Shown: piece by piece, positions 60,118-64,000 of the stretch | Layout: each line of letters opens with the position of its first letter | How positions within the stretch are numbered: position 1 is the stretch's first letter | Assembly (NCBI RefSeq): GCF_964213995.1 | Contig: NC_135815.1 | Location: 22,816,001 to 22,880,000 of the forward strand | Direction: 5' to 3' | DNA length: 64,000 bases | DNA from: Mustelus asterias | Taxonomy: Eukaryota | Position numbers and translations under genes: made by a program | The notes under the pieces: generated by a model | Databases searched by the model: none | What the model saw: the letters and a program-made list of their open reading frames with translations, nothing else | Told to the model about the DNA's origin: nothing

Positions 60118-63100
60118 ATGTTGCAACAGTGGTCCGCTGGAAAGATCAAAGATTTTAAGCCCCAGCATATCGAAACAACCAAACGTTACTTGGCCACATC
60201 AAGCTTACTGTGCTACCTAGGCCACCATTTCAGGCCTGATTAGGCCATTCAGTCATCATTTTCATTCCGACGTCCGTTTCCCTCTAGTTCCTGCTAAATT
60301 TGGAATTGCTTCAATTTTGTTTAAATTCTTCGACAAAGCAGTATTTTGCACAAATCAACAATTGTAAAGAATATATTTATAAATTTAATGAATCCGCAAG
60401 TCAGAGTTAGCGTAATGAGTAGCTTCTTCAGACTTGGAATGTAAATAATTAGCTTACCAGAAAATAAACTGAACGTGAACTGGTTAAAGTTGATAAAATT
60501 GTTTCAGCAAGCACGGACCTTGGTTTTGACTAGATAGTGATTTTTGATACCTGTAATATATGAAAGGGTGTCCACGCCCACCACTCCTGTTTTATCTTCT
60601 TTCACGTTTAAGTACTAAACCTTCATTGTGAAGATTTCGGGTCTTTTGGACTCTTAATGTGTTGTGCTGCACAGGTGGTGTTTGTATGTTAAAGTGGTTG
60701 AATATACAAATTCCATTATTCATTTTTCTGAAAATCCCCAAGCTTCATTCTGAAAATTTCATCCCTTTGAACTAACATTGACTCCATTTCAACCCACTTG
60801 GATGTTGGGGATGTTGTCCTGTAGGACTATATACATTGCAGACATGAAAATTATCTAGAAGTGTCAAATTTCCCAGAGCAATTCCATATTCCCTTAATCT
60901 AGTATTTACTCGTGTCTTTTGAGAGTCTTTTGAGACTCTCTCCAATGTTGTTCGCCCTGCCACCGCTGAGAATTTGGTGCTTGGCCAAAACTCCATTCTC
61001 AGCAGCGGGACTGGAGAATCCCAGCCGCGGACGAGGTCGGAGAATCCCGGCTGTAGAGTTTAAAAGTTACTTATTTGCAATACATTCAGTTTGGAACTCC
61101 ATGGATTGTTCCCTTTATGTATGTATATCCCAACTGGAAATTTGTGAAATTAAAAGAGGAAATGCTGGAAATACTCAGCGGGTCACAGGCAGGCATTAGT
61201 GGAGCAAAGCAAATTTCAAGCCAATGGCTTTTCAATAGAACTGGGAAAAGTAGGAAAGGTTGGAATTTGTCAGGGTTGAATGGTCTTCCTGTCACAATAC
61301 TACAGAATATCATTATGAAACGTTGGTCTCGATTTTAACTCGCAGATGGCAAGGATCCCCTGCCCACTCTACATGTGTTGATCGGGCCCTGATCTGCTAT
61401 TTTAACCCAAGACCTCAGTGGGGTTACAATAGTGTTTTCCCCCGACAAACAAGCAGACCCAGTCAAGTTTTATTTCTTTAAGTTTCTGTGTGGACCTGTT
61501 GGGATCCTCCACTTACCTCGTAGCAATGGCCACTCCTGCTTGGTCAATGGGACCACCTCCATTTGCCCAACTTTCATTCCTGCTTGTTTCAGGCGAGTGT
61601 CCAAGTAAACCTAGGGGCCTCTGTGTGCGAGTATGTCATTTCAACATTGCTGAAGCTGGAGGGAAGGGGGTGGGGGAGAATCTTCCCCAGCTCGTGTTCA
61701 TAAAGAGGCGTGTGAAAATGAATTCTGAGGAGAAACAAAAATTTAGCAACAAGGAACAAATCTGAGGTCCCACAAACCAGTATCTTTTCCATCAATCAAT
61801 TTTGCCATTTACTAATAGCCCTCAATGACTTTTCTCAACACGTACATTGATGTTGGCGTTATTGTCATGTCTGCTTCAATGTCTTTCCCTGATACCATTT
61901 CATAACTCTGCTTAAAAGAGTTCACCTATTTATGCTTACTCCCTCATTTTTAACTTGAAATGGAAAAAAGAGACTTGGGGATTGTACATCTGCATCCAAG
62001 TATTAGAAGATATTTGGGTTTTTGAAGGGATGATTGTACTGAATAAGAACATATCTACACTGGTCATTGCTTCTTTCAGTAACTGTTCTGATCTGATGAA
62101 AACATTTGTCCAGATATCTTTGCAGTCTAGTAATTGTGTGAAGCACTTTGAGATATGTTGATGTTCTGTAAATGCTAATGTCCCTTCGCTTAATTGAAGG
62201 AAAATCCTGTATGAAATACTGTGAAATGGTACGAAGATCATTCAAACAAAAAATGTGGACGTTGCTTAAGGGTCTGAACTTACCGCTGCCCCACAGAGAT
62301 CCATCCGATCTGTTAATAACCCGGAAGCCAGCTCCGGACTTGCCGTAAGAAAAAAAGAATTGCAACTGGCCAAACGAGACCAACAGGTTTACAGAATTAA
62401 TGATCCGCATTGGGCACAAGAACCACAAGCTGTTAGGGAGCTACCATTCTCGAAGGGAAATTCTTCATCTCTAAATAAGTATAAATGTTCATTACGTCTG
62501 TCTTCATACTGTCCAGAAATTTTGTGCTATGGTGAAACTGGCTCCTTTTTGGTTGATGCTGACTGCATGGTCACCAAGCCAGAATACTCGATAACCTAGA
62601 ACGTGGTGGCGTCAACGTGTGACCTTTCCACACAGGGGTTACCAGTTGCAACGCCTCCCCGGTGAGCAGTTGGCATTGTAAAGTTACTATTAGATGCATG
62701 GCCCTATGATTGTTTTACACCAAGCCTAGTTATCAGTTACAATGAATAGGTTTTGAAGTCATGTATTTTAAAAGAACTGGATGTTACAATTAAAAAATCA
62801 ATAAAACCTAGCAATTGCAATATTAGTGTAAGAATGCTCACTACATTTGTATGACATTTATTCATCAACTACTTTAACAGCAGCATTAACCTATTTGTTT
62901 GAAATAGGGTGAAATCACTGCTAAAATAGGAGACAGAAATATCTCACAGGATGCTAATGTTTCAAACTACAATGTCTCGGCTTAAAGCAGGAATAATTTG
63001 CTCTTCGTTTTCTGACTGATGAAAACAAACATCTGGGCTGGAATTTTCCAGCCATTCACACCTGCCGCTGTGAGCGAGGATGGAGAATTTGGTGCTCAGC

Positions 63101-63629
63101 CAAATCTCCGTTCACTGCAGCGGGACCGGAGAATCCCACCGGCGCGAAATGCTGGAAAATCCCCCCCAGTGAACTTTTGACCAAATGTTTGGAACTGACA
63201 ACTTTAAGCAGTAGCGTTCTGACATTTGTTGTAACACTGTGCGACTGTGTTAAGTATATTGAAATATCATGATATAAGATTGATAAATGTTTCATTCAGT
63301 TGTTGACATATTATTTATGGCATGTAGTTCCTTCAAGATGCGGAGGTGAGTAACAATCTACCTGTTTGAGCTAAAAGGATTCTCTTGCTACACATCTAAT
63401 TGTTAACTTTCCCTGTGAGAAATCTGTCAATTGCCCAATTACATAACAGTTTAAATATATTATCAACTTCTGAAAAAGGAAGGCAACTTCATCATGAAGG
63501 ATTACATCTGAAATATTGGCATGTTCTTCACTTTCACAAGATAGGTTTAATAATAACATTTTTCCAGAAAACACCAGCACCTTCTCTTTATAGTATCTAT
63601 TAGTGCAGTATCTAAGGTCACAACCATTG

Positions 63630-63822
63630 TAGAATCAGAGAATCCCTACAGTGCAGAAGAGGCCCATTGAGTCTGCACCAACTCTCCCCCACCCTATCCC
63701 CGTAACCCCAAGTATTTACCCCACTAATCCCCCTAACCTACACATCTTGGATCACCAAGGGACAATTTAGCATGGCCGATACACCTAACCTGCAGACCCT
63801 TGGAGTGTGGGAGGAAACCGGG
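63630..63822 (-). mobile_element. 5'-truncated HE1-like V-SINE
   Basis: Tail and part of the core only. Confidence 0.7.
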
Positions 63823-64000
63823 GCTGGTGTACCCCAAAGCTGTTGTGTTCGACGATGTTTATTATGGCCAATTTGTTTCCTTGTACATGAAGCAAATGTT
63901 TTTTATTGGTGACAGTCGACCTCCACTTGGTCACATGATTCTGGCCGTTGGAGCATATTTTGGTGGCTTTGATGGGAACTTTGCTTGGAATCGTATTGGC

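Overview
Repeat-dense vertebrate genomic DNA, most likely a shark (abundant HE1-like V-SINEs, CR1, Rex1/Babar, Tx1 and Penelope-like elements). The only host gene is the 3' end of ALK (+ strand): five coding exons equivalent to human exons 25-29 at 38559-38651, 45700-45801, 47664-47798, 53877-53967 and 55923-56750. I found no earlier ALK exon, so 1-38558 is probably one large intron, with a 200-N gap inside it. Main points of interest: (1) a very young full-length Ty3/Gypsy element (15475-20214, minus strand; LTRs differ at 2 positions; 5-bp TSD). It has no tRNA primer-binding site. In its place is a perfect 13-nt complement of its own LTR poly(A)-signal region, and its RT has YLDN instead of YxDD, so it is a candidate self-priming element. 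(2) Penelope-like elements with minimal hammerhead ribozymes whose stem I covaries between subfamilies, including short palindromic derivatives that start near the predicted cleavage site. (3) A V-SINE with two alternative LINE-like tails. (4) A perfect 48-bp inverted repeat in an ALK intron. (5) A 13-Gln run and a possible PDZ-binding C-terminus in ALK. Family assignments rest on motif recognition only, no database search was run, and repeat boundaries are approximate unless a TSD is given.
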